From an uncultured Actinomycetota bacterium (lineage in GTDB: Bacteria > Actinomycetota > Thermoleophilia > Solirubrobacterales > Solirubrobacteraceae): a DNA stretch of 64,000 nt. Every line of letters begins with the position of its first letter. Position 1 is the first letter of the stretch. The notes below the pieces were generated by a model. That model searched no databases. It worked only from the letters and a program-made list of their open reading frames with translations, and was not told the DNA's origin. The DNA is taken from NCBI GenBank assembly GCA_963695625.1, contig CAVOHJ010000004.1, positions 381,743-445,742 of the forward strand, in the 5' to 3' direction. Position numbers and translations under genes: made by a program. Below, piece after piece: positions 55,677-64,000 of this stretch.

Positions 55677-58600
55677 CTATGGCACGGAAACGCCCTGCAG
55701 CTGCACCGGTCCGTTGAGCGGGTTGAGCTCGGTCGCCTGCGACACCCCGCTCGGGGTGATGGTGTCCATCACCTTGGGGACCGTGCCCGGAGCCACCGAG
55801 CAGATCGGGTCCGTCCCGCCGGGGGCGCAGACGCCGAAGTTGAACGGCTGCGGCGTCGCTGCCCAGGCGCGCGCCTGGTCGGGGCTGAAGCCGTCCTGGC
55901 CGGTGAGGGCGATGGTGAACACCCACCCCGATGCCGGGTCGCCGAACGCGGCGCGCGGCAGCACGAGCGTGGCCGTGTGGCTGGGCAGATCGGTAATCAG
56001 CTGGGCGGTGCCGAGCGCGGTGCCCCGCCGCATCGACCCACACCGGCGCGCGCGAAGCCCTGCGCCTCGATCCGCTCGCGTCCAGGCGTCGGCCGAGGCG
56101 ATCGCGTAGTTGCGCTGCGGGAACGCCGCGGCCGTCGACGTCGGAGTGGCCGACGGGTTGCGGACGTAGATGTCGAGCATCTGGGCGCCGAAGTCGTTGC
56201 CGAACGTGTTGACGAGGTTGCGCAGCGCCGTCTGGATGTACACGTCAGTCGCGGTCTCCGTGACGCGGAAGCCCGTCAGGTCGAACACTCCTGGCGGGAA
56301 CGAGGCGTCGGTCGGGTACTGGTACGTTCCCGGCCCGTTGTCGTCCTCGGCCGGGTCCGTCGCGGTCAGCACGTCGGTGCCCGGCAGTCCGGCGTCAACG
56401 CGGGCTCCTGCGCGTAGCCGGTGCTGTTGCCCTTGGTCGCGGTCACGGTGATCGTCGGCGAGCCGAACCCGTGGGGGTGAGCGTCAGCGACCAATGGCCG
56501 GAGCCGTCGGCCATGGCGGATGCGGTCGCCGCGGCACCGCCGGCCGGCGTGTCGGCCTCGGCGTCGACGAGCGCGTGCGGCGCGGTCGTACCGGTGACCG
56601 TGATCGACGGGGTGGTGATCGTTGTCCCCGGCGCCGGCGAGGTGATCGTCACGGGCAGCACACCCGGCATCCCGTGGGCGACATAGCGGTCGGAGACGAT
56701 GTCGGGCGTCTCGAGGTTGCGCCCGGCGCCGAGGTCGAGCGTCAGCCGGGCCACCGTGGCCTGCGCCCAGGTCAGCGGGCTGGCCGAGCCGACCGGCTTG
56801 CCGTTGGTGAAGCCGATCGACGCGGTGGATGGATCGGTGCCGAACGGCGAGGCCGCCAGGTCCGGGTCCTCCCACACCTGCTCGGGCTCGAGGCCCTGCC
56901 CGGAGGTCATGTTCCGCATCGCCGTCAGCAGCGCGCGCAGCCGACGACCCCTGCCCGGAGGCGATGTCGTACTCGCCGCGCTCGCCGCTGAGCACCGGCC
57001 ACAGGTGGCCCGAGCCGACGTTGTTGCCCTCCGACGGCCACGGCGCGCCGTTGACCGTGCAACTGGTCTGATCCGGCACGAAGCAGTCGCCGTAGCCGTC
57101 CTCGGAGCCCGGGAGTGCTCGTCCCATACCGGTACCAGCCGGGCCCGCTGTTGGTCTGGCGCTCGATCGTGTTGTCGATGACCGTGAGCGAGTTGCGGAT
57201 GTCGGAGTCGCGGGCCGGCAGGATCCCGAGCCGCACGAGCTCGAGGAAGCCGGCGTCGACGATCGAGCGCTGGTCGGCGGTGATGCTGCCGTTACCGAGG
57301 TTGTAGGAGATCGCGGCGTTGGGATCGCCGGTCTTGGAGACGCGGATGAAGTAGCGCGGCGCGTAGGGACCGGTCGTGGTAACCGTCCACGCCTTGATGT
57401 TGCGCGCGAAGTCGTCGGCGGTGGCCTGGTAGAGGCGCGCGTGCGCCGGATCGTGGTTGACCGTGGCTATCTTGGCCGCCGCGGTGAGGCCGGCGATCTC
57501 GGCCGAGATCGTCGACGGCGAGAACCCGGACTGCTCCTCCCAGCGCTCCGCGCCGTCGGAGGGCCCATGGCCGACGAGGAAGTCGGCGGCCGGGATGACG
57601 TGGTTGCGATACAGCGAGCCGTCATGGGCCAGGCCCGACTGCCAGTCCATCAGGATCGGATAGGACGTCTCGTCGAGCTGGAGGCCGCCGGTGTCCGGCG
57701 CGGGCTTGCCGTTCTCCAGCGAGTTGCGGGGCATCGAGCCGTCGGGCTGCTGCTGGCGCTCGAACAGGAACGTCGTGGCGTCCTGGGCGGTCTGGACGTC
57801 CCCGGCGACGAGCAGGCCGGTGAAGGCCTCGTACAGGTCGCGCGAGAACACCTCGCGGTAGGAGCCGAAGTACGTGGGCTGACCGTTGGTGAGCGTTGCC
57901 CGCGGGCACAGACTGACCCCAGGGCGAGTCGAGGCCGGCGGCGATGGCGCCGGGGAACTGCTTGTCCTCGGAGGCCTTGACCACGTTGACCGAGGCGTAG
58001 TACTCCTGGGTGGTGGAGCGCCCCAGCCACCCGGCTGGCCGGCGCAGCTGGGAGTCATAGCGCTCCCACTGCGCCTCGTAGGCGCGCCAGACCGGCTTGA
58101 AGCGCTGGTCCACGGCGGCGCCCGCCACCGCGACGGCCTGGTCCTGCGTCTGGCCGAAGCCGAGCGCCAGGTTGGCGGAGCGGCCGTGGCGCAGGTTGAG
58201 CTGGGCGGTGAGCGTGACGTGGCCGTTCGGGGCGGAGTCATACGGCGTCAGCTGATGCGCGGTGTCGAGCATCTGCACGCCATCGCTGGCGCTGCCCGCG
58301 TAGCCGACGCTCTCGGCGCCGAAGCCGCGGCTTGACTGGAGCGCCTCGAACGTGGGGACCGCGTAGTCACGGTTGGACGCGTTGGTGACGGTGTTGGTGT
58401 TGGCGTCCACCGGGACCGAGCCCACCAGGGAGGCGCTGTTGCCGCCGGCGTTCTGCGTGCCCCCGCCGCCGGTCCCGCCGGCCAGCGGATCCAGGGTCAC
58501 GTAGACCTGGTCGCCCGACGGGCCGTGGAAGCGCGTGCGCATGAGCACGGCATCGCGCGCAGGGTCGGCGATGTAGGTGGTGGTGATGGAGTAGTGATGG

Positions 58601-58962
58601 GCGTTGCTGGAGGCGATGATCGTGCAGGACATGCCCGTCGGGTCGGGCACCACGCGGTAGGTCATGTCCCGCGTCTGCAGATCGGTGAACGTGCTGCCGT
58701 CGGTCACGACGTACTGGAGCGTGTGAACGTTGGTGGCGTCCACGTTGGGCCAGTAGGTGTCCGACAGGACGCCGTCGGCCACCGTGAACCAGACCCGGGA
58801 GGTCGTGTTGCGGGCGGTGCCGACGCAGTCCTTGCGCGCGAGGTCGAAGTAGCTCTGCGCGCCGGGCGCGCCGGGCGCCGTGGCGGCAGCCGCGGTCGTC
58901 GCCATCCCTCCGGCGCACAGCGCGCCAACTACCACGGTCACGGCCAGAATCCCGCGCTTCAC
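55677..58962 (-). pseudogene. GH15 glucoamylase/glucodextranase-type secreted glycoside hydrolase, disrupted by roughly eight frameshifts
   Basis: RBS GGAGAGAGGGGA + GTG 58962 and a signal peptide VKRGILAVTVVVGALCAGG. The N-terminal beta-sandwich domain is in frame A. The catalytic (alpha/alpha)6 part (...YREVFSRDLYE...ERWEEQSGFSPSTIS...) is in frame B. Later segments lie in other frames (ORF-track pieces 56925-58241, 56366-57127, 56443-56919, 55677-56372), with three more shifts near 56030-56080. Confidence 0.8.
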
Positions 58963-59096
58963 GGCAATCCCCTCTCTCCTGTTTCCCTGCCGGCTGCGCG
59001 CCACGCCAGCGTGACGGCGCCGCCGCAGTTTACGCCTCCTCGCCGGTCCGGCCAAGGGCCAACGCGCGCGGTCATTAGTCTCAGAGGCGAACCTCC

Positions 59097-60023
59097 ATGT
59101 CCTCGGCCGCCGACATCCCCGCCCTGCCCCCGTTCACCGGGATGGCGCTGGACCGGGCCTCGGCGGAGCGCAAGGACGCCGAGTGGATCAGCGGCCGCGC
59201 GCGCGACCCCGGGTCTCGGGCGATCGCGGCCGGCCACGAGGGTGTGCTCGTTGGACACCGAGACGGGGATGGCGACGCTCCGGCGCTCGCGCGCGTGGCG
59301 ATCCCCGAGGCCCAGCGCACCGACCCGGTGCTCCTGGGGCTCGACGCGGGCACGGCGCACTTCGCCGTCGACCTCGACACCCTGCCGGCCGCCGAGCGCG
59401 AGCGCCTCATCGACGGGCGCCGGGTCATGGGACTGCGCGAGGCCGGAGCGCTGCTGGCGCCCGCCGAGGCGGGGCTGGCGGCCTACGTGATGGCGCTGCT
59501 CAACTGGCACCGCCGCCACGGCTTCTGCGCCAACTGCGGGCACCCCACCGACGTGGCCGAGGCCGGGTACTCGCGGCACTGCCCGCACTGCGGCGCCAGC
59601 CACTTCCCCCGCACCGATCCGGTGGTCATCATGACCGTCGAACACGAGGACCGGCTGCTGCTCGGCCGACGCGCAGGCTGGCCCCCCGGGCGCGTGTCCG
59701 TGCTCGCCGGGTTTGTCTCGCCCGGCGAGTCCGCCGAGGAGGCGGTGGTCCGCGAGGTGCAGGAGGAGTCGGGCATCATCGCCCGCGACCCGGTGTTCGT
59801 CGCCTCACAGCCGTGGCCGTTCCCGGCCTCGCTCATGCTGGGCTTCCACGCCGAGTCCGATGGCGGCGAGCCACAAGCCATCGATGGGGAGCTCGAGGAG
59901 GTGCACTGGCTGAGCCGGGAGGCGATCGAAGAGGCGTCGCGGGGCGGCGAGCCGGGGTTCCAGCTGCCCCCGGCGGTCTCGATCGCGCGCTTCTTGATCG
60001 ACCGCTGGATCTCAGAGCGATAG
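59097..60023 (+). CDS. nudC: NAD+ diphosphatase (NADH pyrophosphatase), Nudix family with zinc ribbon
   Basis: Zinc ribbon CANCGHPT...HCPHCG. Nudix box GFVSPGESAEEAVVREVQEESGI. SQPWPFP motif. Confidence 0.9.
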   Translation: MSSAADIPALPPFTGMALDRASAERKDAEWISGRARDPGSRAIAAGHEGVLVGHRDGDGDAPALARVAIPEAQRTDPVLLGLDAGTAHFAVDLDTLPAAERERLIDGRRVMGLREAGALLAPAEAGLAAYVMALLNWHRRHGFCANCGHPTDVAEAGYSRHCPHCGASHFPRTDPVVIMTVEHEDRLLLGRRAGWPPGRVSVLAGFVSPGESAEEAVVREVQEESGIIARDPVFVASQPWPFPASLMLGFHAESDGGEPQAIDGELEEVHWLSREAIEEASRGGEPGFQLPPAVSIARFLIDRWISER

Positions 60024-61571
60024 GAGCGCTCGGGCCGCGTTGTGGCCCGGGATGCCGCTCACCGCGCCGCCCCGCCGCGCGCCCGCCCCGCACAGCCAGA
60101 CGCGGGGCCGCGCCGTCTCGACGCCCCAGGCGCCGATGTCGGAGTCATTCTCGGCGAACGGCCACGCCAGGTCGCGGTGGAAGATGTGTCCGCCGGGCAT
60201 GCCCAGCTCGGCCTCGAGCTCGACCGGCGTGTGCGCCTCCAGGCACGGCGCGCCGTCGGGCGTATGCAGCAGACAGTCCTCGATCGGCTCGGCCAGTACG
60301 GCGTTGATCGAGGCCAAGGTGGCCGCCACCGCCGCCTCGCGCGCGGCGTCGTGATCGGCGCGAAACAGCCGCGCCGGCATGTGGAGCCCGAACACGGTGA
60401 GCGTCTGCACGCCGGCATCCTGAAGCTCGGGGGAGAGGATCGTGGGGTCGGTGAGCGAGTGGCAATAGGCCTCGCAGGGCGGCAGCCGCGGGATCTCGCC
60501 GCCGGCGGCCTGCGCGTGCGCGCGCTGGAGCTGTGCGTAGCCCTCGTTGACGTGGAAGGTGCCGGCGAACGCCTCCTGCGGTGTGACGGCCGCATCGCGG
60601 AGCCGCGGCAGGCGCGCCAGCAGCAGGTTGAGCTTGAGCTGTGAGCCCTCCGGCGGCGGCCCGGGCGCTGGGTCGCCCATCAGCTCGGCCAGGATCGCGG
60701 GGGCGACGTTGGCCAGCACGTGGCGGCCCTCCCAGACCTGGCCGTCGGCGGCGTGCACGGCGACGCCGGAGTCGGTGGCCTCGATGCGCGTCACCGGCGT
60801 GTCGACGCGGATCTCGGCGCCGGCCCGCGCGGCCGCGTCGCCCAGCGCGCCGGTGAGGGTGCCCATGCCGCCGACGGGGATGTCCCAGTGCCCGGTGCCG
60901 TTGCCGATCACGTGGTACAGGAAGCAGCGGTTCTGCACGAGCCCCGGGTCATCGAGCGCGGCGAAGGTCCCGATGAGCGCGTCGGTGGCCACGATCCCGC
61001 GCACGAGGTCGGAGTCAAACGATGACTCCAGAAGCTCCGACAGCGGCCGCTCGTACAGGGCATTCCACGCCGCATCGTCGGCGACGTGGCGCCGCAGCGC
61101 GTCGCGCGAGCGCAGCGGCTCGGTCAGGGTGGGAAAGACGCGCTTGGCGACCCCGGTGGTCATCGCGCCGAGCCGCGCGAGCGCGTCCGCCGAGCGGTCG
61201 CCGGCGCCGAGCGTCCGCGCGATCGACTCGCGCGTGCGGCGCTCGTCGTCGCAGATGAGGATGCCCGTGTCGCCGTGCGGGGTGTAGGAGCTGACGCGCC
61301 GGCGGCGCAGCTGCACCTCGAGCCCCAGTTCGCGCAGCAGCGCGCGCGGGAACAGGCTGACGAGGTAGGAGTAGCGCGAGACACGCGCATCCACGCCGGG
61401 GAACGGGCGCGCTGACACGGCCGCGCCGCCGACGTGGCCGGCGGACTCCAGCACCACGACCCGGTGCCCGGAGCCCGCCAGCAGGGTCGCCGCCACCAGA
61501 CCGTTGTGGCCGGCGCCGACGATGATGACGTCAGATGTGACTGTGGGCACTCCTCCCAGTGTGCCGCCCAT
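60012..61571 (-). CDS. Phytoene desaturase-family (CrtI-like) FAD-dependent oxidoreductase
   Basis: N-terminal DVIIVGAGHNGLVAATLLAGSG dinucleotide-binding motif. About 510 aa. C-terminal ...GAGARRGGAVSGIPGHNAA. Exact start uncertain (ATG 61571 overlaps the upstream gene). Confidence 0.85.
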   Translation of the reverse strand: MGGTLGGVPTVTSDVIIVGAGHNGLVAATLLAGSGHRVVVLESAGHVGGAAVSARPFPGVDARVSRYSYLVSLFPRALLRELGLEVQLRRRRVSSYTPHGDTGILICDDERRTRESIARTLGAGDRSADALARLGAMTTGVAKRVFPTLTEPLRSRDALRRHVADDAAWNALYERPLSELLESSFDSDLVRGIVATDALIGTFAALDDPGLVQNRCFLYHVIGNGTGHWDIPVGGMGTLTGALGDAAARAGAEIRVDTPVTRIEATDSGVAVHAADGQVWEGRHVLANVAPAILAELMGDPAPGPPPEGSQLKLNLLLARLPRLRDAAVTPQEAFAGTFHVNEGYAQLQRAHAQAAGGEIPRLPPCEAYCHSLTDPTILSPELQDAGVQTLTVFGLHMPARLFRADHDAAREAAVAATLASINAVLAEPIEDCLLHTPDGAPCLEAHTPVELEAELGMPGGHIFHRDLAWPFAENDSDIGAWGVETARPRVWLCGAGARRGGAVSGIPGHNAARALLSL

Positions 61572-63318
61572 CCGAGCCCGAGGGGGCGTCGACGGGCTGG
61601 TAGAAGAGGTCGTTGCCGATCCACTGCGAGTAGTCGTGGGCGTGCGGCGAGACCACCGGGTGGAAGCTCGACGCCTCGTTCGTGGGCCCGCTGCCGTTGT
61701 ACTCGGGCACCAGCGGGTACGGATACACCGGCCGCGTCAGCGTCTGCGAGTTGACCGTGTCGGTGGCCGTGATCTGGCTCGGCGCGCTGCCGCCCTCCAC
61801 CCACTGGACCATCGGGTAGACGAGGTCGAAGCTGCTGGCGGCGTAGCCACCGCCGCAATGTGCGACCGTCGGGAACAGGAACATCCGGGCGAACTGCTGG
61901 GTCGAGCTGAGCCCGCCCATGCGGCTGGCCAGCGTGTCGTAGTAATCGATCGTCCCGAACACGGGGATCGCCTGGTCGGCCCACCCCTGCCAGATGATCA
62001 GCTTGCCGCCGTGGCGACGGAACGCGCTGAGGTTCGTGTCCATCGCGTCATAGGTGTTGGCCACCGGGAACAGCGAGCGGAACGTCCGATCGCTGAAGCT
62101 CCACTGGTCGGGGTCGGGCCCGAGCTGGCCGGGCGGGAGGTACTGGTAGCGCAGGTATGGCAGAGACAGACCGCCGTAGACGAGCGCTGTCTTGGACGAC
62201 ACCGTGGCCCCGAACGCGGCCGCGGGGATCTGGAAGCCGCCCCACGAGCCCTCCGAGCCCAGCGCGAACCCGCCGGGATAGAGGTGGCGGCCCTGCGGGT
62301 CGACCGGCCCCTGGTAGAGGTCGTCGGCCACCGTCACCTGCGCCGGCGTCAGGCAGTTGGCGCTGTCGGTGCCCGCCGGGCACTGGATGCTCGTGACGTC
62401 GAACTGGCAGTTGCGCGGGTCGGTGATGATCCCGTCGCCGGGCACGCCGTCATCGCCGGCACACGCGGCGATGACCGCGTTGTGCAGCGCCGTCAGCTTC
62501 GCCGAGGTGAGGATCGCGTTGCCGTTGGCGTCGGTGTTGACCCGGTAGTCCCAGGTCTGCAGTTCGGCGTTGAGCGGCCCGGCGATGTTCTCGAGCGCCC
62601 CGGCGATGATCCCGTTGAAGTCGGTGGGATAGCGCTCGGCCACCTCCATCGCCTCGCGGCCGCCGTCCGAGCAGCCGTCGAAGTAGGCGTAGTTGGGCGA
62701 TTGACCGTAGTAGTCGCCGATGATCGTCTTGGCCACGACCGCGAGCGCGTGCTCTGACTCATAGCCGTACTCGTTGCGCAGTTTCTGGCTGTTGAAGGCG
62801 AACAACCCGGCGCCGCCGAGGCCGCTGGAGGTCGTGTGGCCCTCGTCATCGGTGGCCATCGCGAAGTCACCGCCGAGTTGCGCGTCGCAGGCCGGGAACG
62901 TCTGGTTGGAGACCGTCCCGCAGTAGCCCCCGCACCCGTTCTGCAGGTAGCGGCCCTGCCACGTGGTCACCGGCAGCTTCATCTCGAAGTGGGTCTGGGG
63001 CGCGATCATCCCCTTGACGTCGCAGTACTCCGGGTTTCCGCTCGCCGCGGCCACGTCCGTGGTCGAGTCGATGCTCGTGGGGAAGTGCGGGATGGTGACC
63101 AGGCTCGGCAGCGACTTCAGCGTCGAGCAGTCCACCTTGGCCACGATGGTCGGGCTGGTCGTGGCCAGCCGTCTTGAGTCGTTGACCAGCACACGACTGG
63201 TATGGGCACTGGCCACGCCACCGCTCGAGGCCAGAAGGGCGACGGCGACGGTCATAACGGCTGCGGCTCCTGCCAGGCACAGGTACGCACGCAGCGAACG
63301 CGGGCGAAATGCTTGCAT
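61531..63318 (-). CDS. Tannase/feruloyl esterase family alpha/beta hydrolase (secreted)
   Basis: Signal peptide. GCSDGGREAM (G-C-S-x-G-G nucleophile motif). Multiple conserved Cys. 595 aa. Confidence 0.88.
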   Translation of the reverse strand: MQAFRPRSLRAYLCLAGAAAVMTVAVALLASSGGVASAHTSRVLVNDSRRLATTSPTIVAKVDCSTLKSLPSLVTIPHFPTSIDSTTDVAAASGNPEYCDVKGMIAPQTHFEMKLPVTTWQGRYLQNGCGGYCGTVSNQTFPACDAQLGGDFAMATDDEGHTTSSGLGGAGLFAFNSQKLRNEYGYESEHALAVVAKTIIGDYYGQSPNYAYFDGCSDGGREAMEVAERYPTDFNGIIAGALENIAGPLNAELQTWDYRVNTDANGNAILTSAKLTALHNAVIAACAGDDGVPGDGIITDPRNCQFDVTSIQCPAGTDSANCLTPAQVTVADDLYQGPVDPQGRHLYPGGFALGSEGSWGGFQIPAAAFGATVSSKTALVYGGLSLPYLRYQYLPPGQLGPDPDQWSFSDRTFRSLFPVANTYDAMDTNLSAFRRHGGKLIIWQGWADQAIPVFGTIDYYDTLASRMGGLSSTQQFARMFLFPTVAHCGGGYAASSFDLVYPMVQWVEGGSAPSQITATDTVNSQTLTRPVYPYPLVPEYNGSGPTNEASSFHPVVSPHAHDYSQWIGNDLFYQPVDAPSGSDGRHTGRSAHSHI

Positions 63319-63434
63319 GTGTGAAATCCCCTTCCTCTCAGGCCGGCCCGGCCCGGCATTCTCGTCCGCGCGCGGGCGCTGTCAACCGCCCCGGCGTCAG
63401 TTGGCGAACACCCCTGCGCGGGGGGACAAATATC

Positions 63435-63452
63435 AGGATTCCGTAGGATTCC
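63435..63452. repeat. Direct repeat AGGATTCC-GT-AGGATTCC just upstream of the regulator start
   Basis: Read directly in a locally AT-rich patch. The second copy supplies an AGGA RBS 9 nt before GTG 63457. Confidence 0.85.
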
Positions 63453-63456
63453 TGGC

Positions 63457-64000
63457 GTGGGCGAGTCGCACCGGGACGGCGGCGCGCTGCTGGAGCGCGG
63501 CGCGGAGCTCGCGGGCATCCATGGCCTGCTGGCGGCCGCATGCGATGGCCGCGGCGCGCTGGTGGTGGTCGAGGGGCCGGCCGGGATCGGCAAGAGCGCG
63601 CTGCTCGCGGCCTGCGCGCAGCGGGCCGGCGAGCTCGGGATGGAGACGCTGCGGGCGCGCGGCGACGACGTCTCGATGGAATCGTCGTTCGCCGCCATGC
63701 GCGAGCTGCTGGCGCCGGTGGTGGGCCCCGGCGTCTTCAGCGGCTCGGCGGAGCTCGCCGCACCAGTGTTCCTGGGCGCGGGGGACGCCGCGTCGGAGGC
63801 CGACCGCGCCGTGGCCGTGCTCCACGGCCTCTACTGGCTGATCGCCGACCGCACCGACCGCGGTCCGCTGGCGCTCCTGGTCGACGACGCCCACTGGCTC
63901 GACCAGGCCTCCGCGCGATTCCTCGTCTACCTGGCGCGGCGGATCGAGAGCCTGCCGGCGCTGCTGGTCGTGGCGGTGCGGCGCGGCGCCGTCGCCGGGC
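63457..64000 (+). CDS. Large ATP-binding regulator (AAA/STAND N-terminus, LuxR/MalT-like class); 3' end beyond the window
   Basis: Open frame from GTG 63457 to the window end. Walker A GPAGIGKSAL and Walker B-like LLVDDAHWLD. Absent from the ORF track because no stop is reached. Confidence 0.75.
   Translation, partial: MGESHRDGGALLERGAELAGIHGLLAAACDGRGALVVVEGPAGIGKSALLAACAQRAGELGMETLRARGDDVSMESSFAAMRELLAPVVGPGVFSGSAELAAPVFLGAGDAASEADRAVAVLHGLYWLIADRTDRGPLALLVDDAHWLDQASARFLVYLARRIESLPALLVVAVRRGAVAG

Noticed and set aside
1-64000. Search for tRNA/rRNA genes, CRISPR arrays, IS elements, integrases, or prophage and classical defence-system genes
   Set aside because: Nothing was seen by eye: no regularly spaced repeats, no transposase/integrase-like translations, and no cloverleaf-like conserved tRNA motifs in intergenic regions. 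A tRNAscan/Infernal/ISEScan/DefenseFinder run would be needed to be definitive.

Overview
Very high-GC (about 70% by eye), gene-dense chromosomal DNA that looks actinobacterial (Thermoleophilia/Solirubrobacterales-like protein repertoire). I found no rRNA, tRNA, CRISPR array, transposase or integrase. Most of the window is ordinary metabolism, regulation and transport. It includes a truncated CE7 esterase, a HigBA-like toxin-antitoxin pair, a copper amine oxidase, and a translationally coupled PDZ/VWA/MoxR/DUF58/VWA (Bat-like) operon. There are two ECF-type sigma modules, MarR/TetR/MocR regulator units, two c-di-GMP enzymes, an ABC-F ATPase, an MMPL transporter, NudC and a tannase-family esterase. 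The most interesting locus is 18.4-26.2 kb. It holds a stand-alone SagB-type FMN dehydrogenase in a tight operon with a 421-aa protein I cannot assign to any family. Upstream is a low-GC structured leader carrying a 29-aa Cys/Pro-rich ORF, and beyond that a 52-aa single-TM ORF. The operon abuts a SARP/cyclase-like/P-loop/TPR regulator next to an ECF sigma operon, and no YcaO, Lan or radical-SAM partner is present. I read this as a candidate uncharacterised peptide/protein-maturation system. The second notable pattern is that at least five genes are broken only by frameshifts, often many per gene, while their translated fragments stay well conserved: an FG-GAP paralog, a GH15 glucodextranase, rtcB, a VOC enzyme and a sigma-linked small protein. 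Neighbouring long genes (up to about 1275 codons) are intact. This is either clustered homopolymer indel error in the assembly or unusual pseudogenisation, and I cannot tell which from sequence alone. All function calls come from motifs read by eye in the supplied translations. No database search was run.
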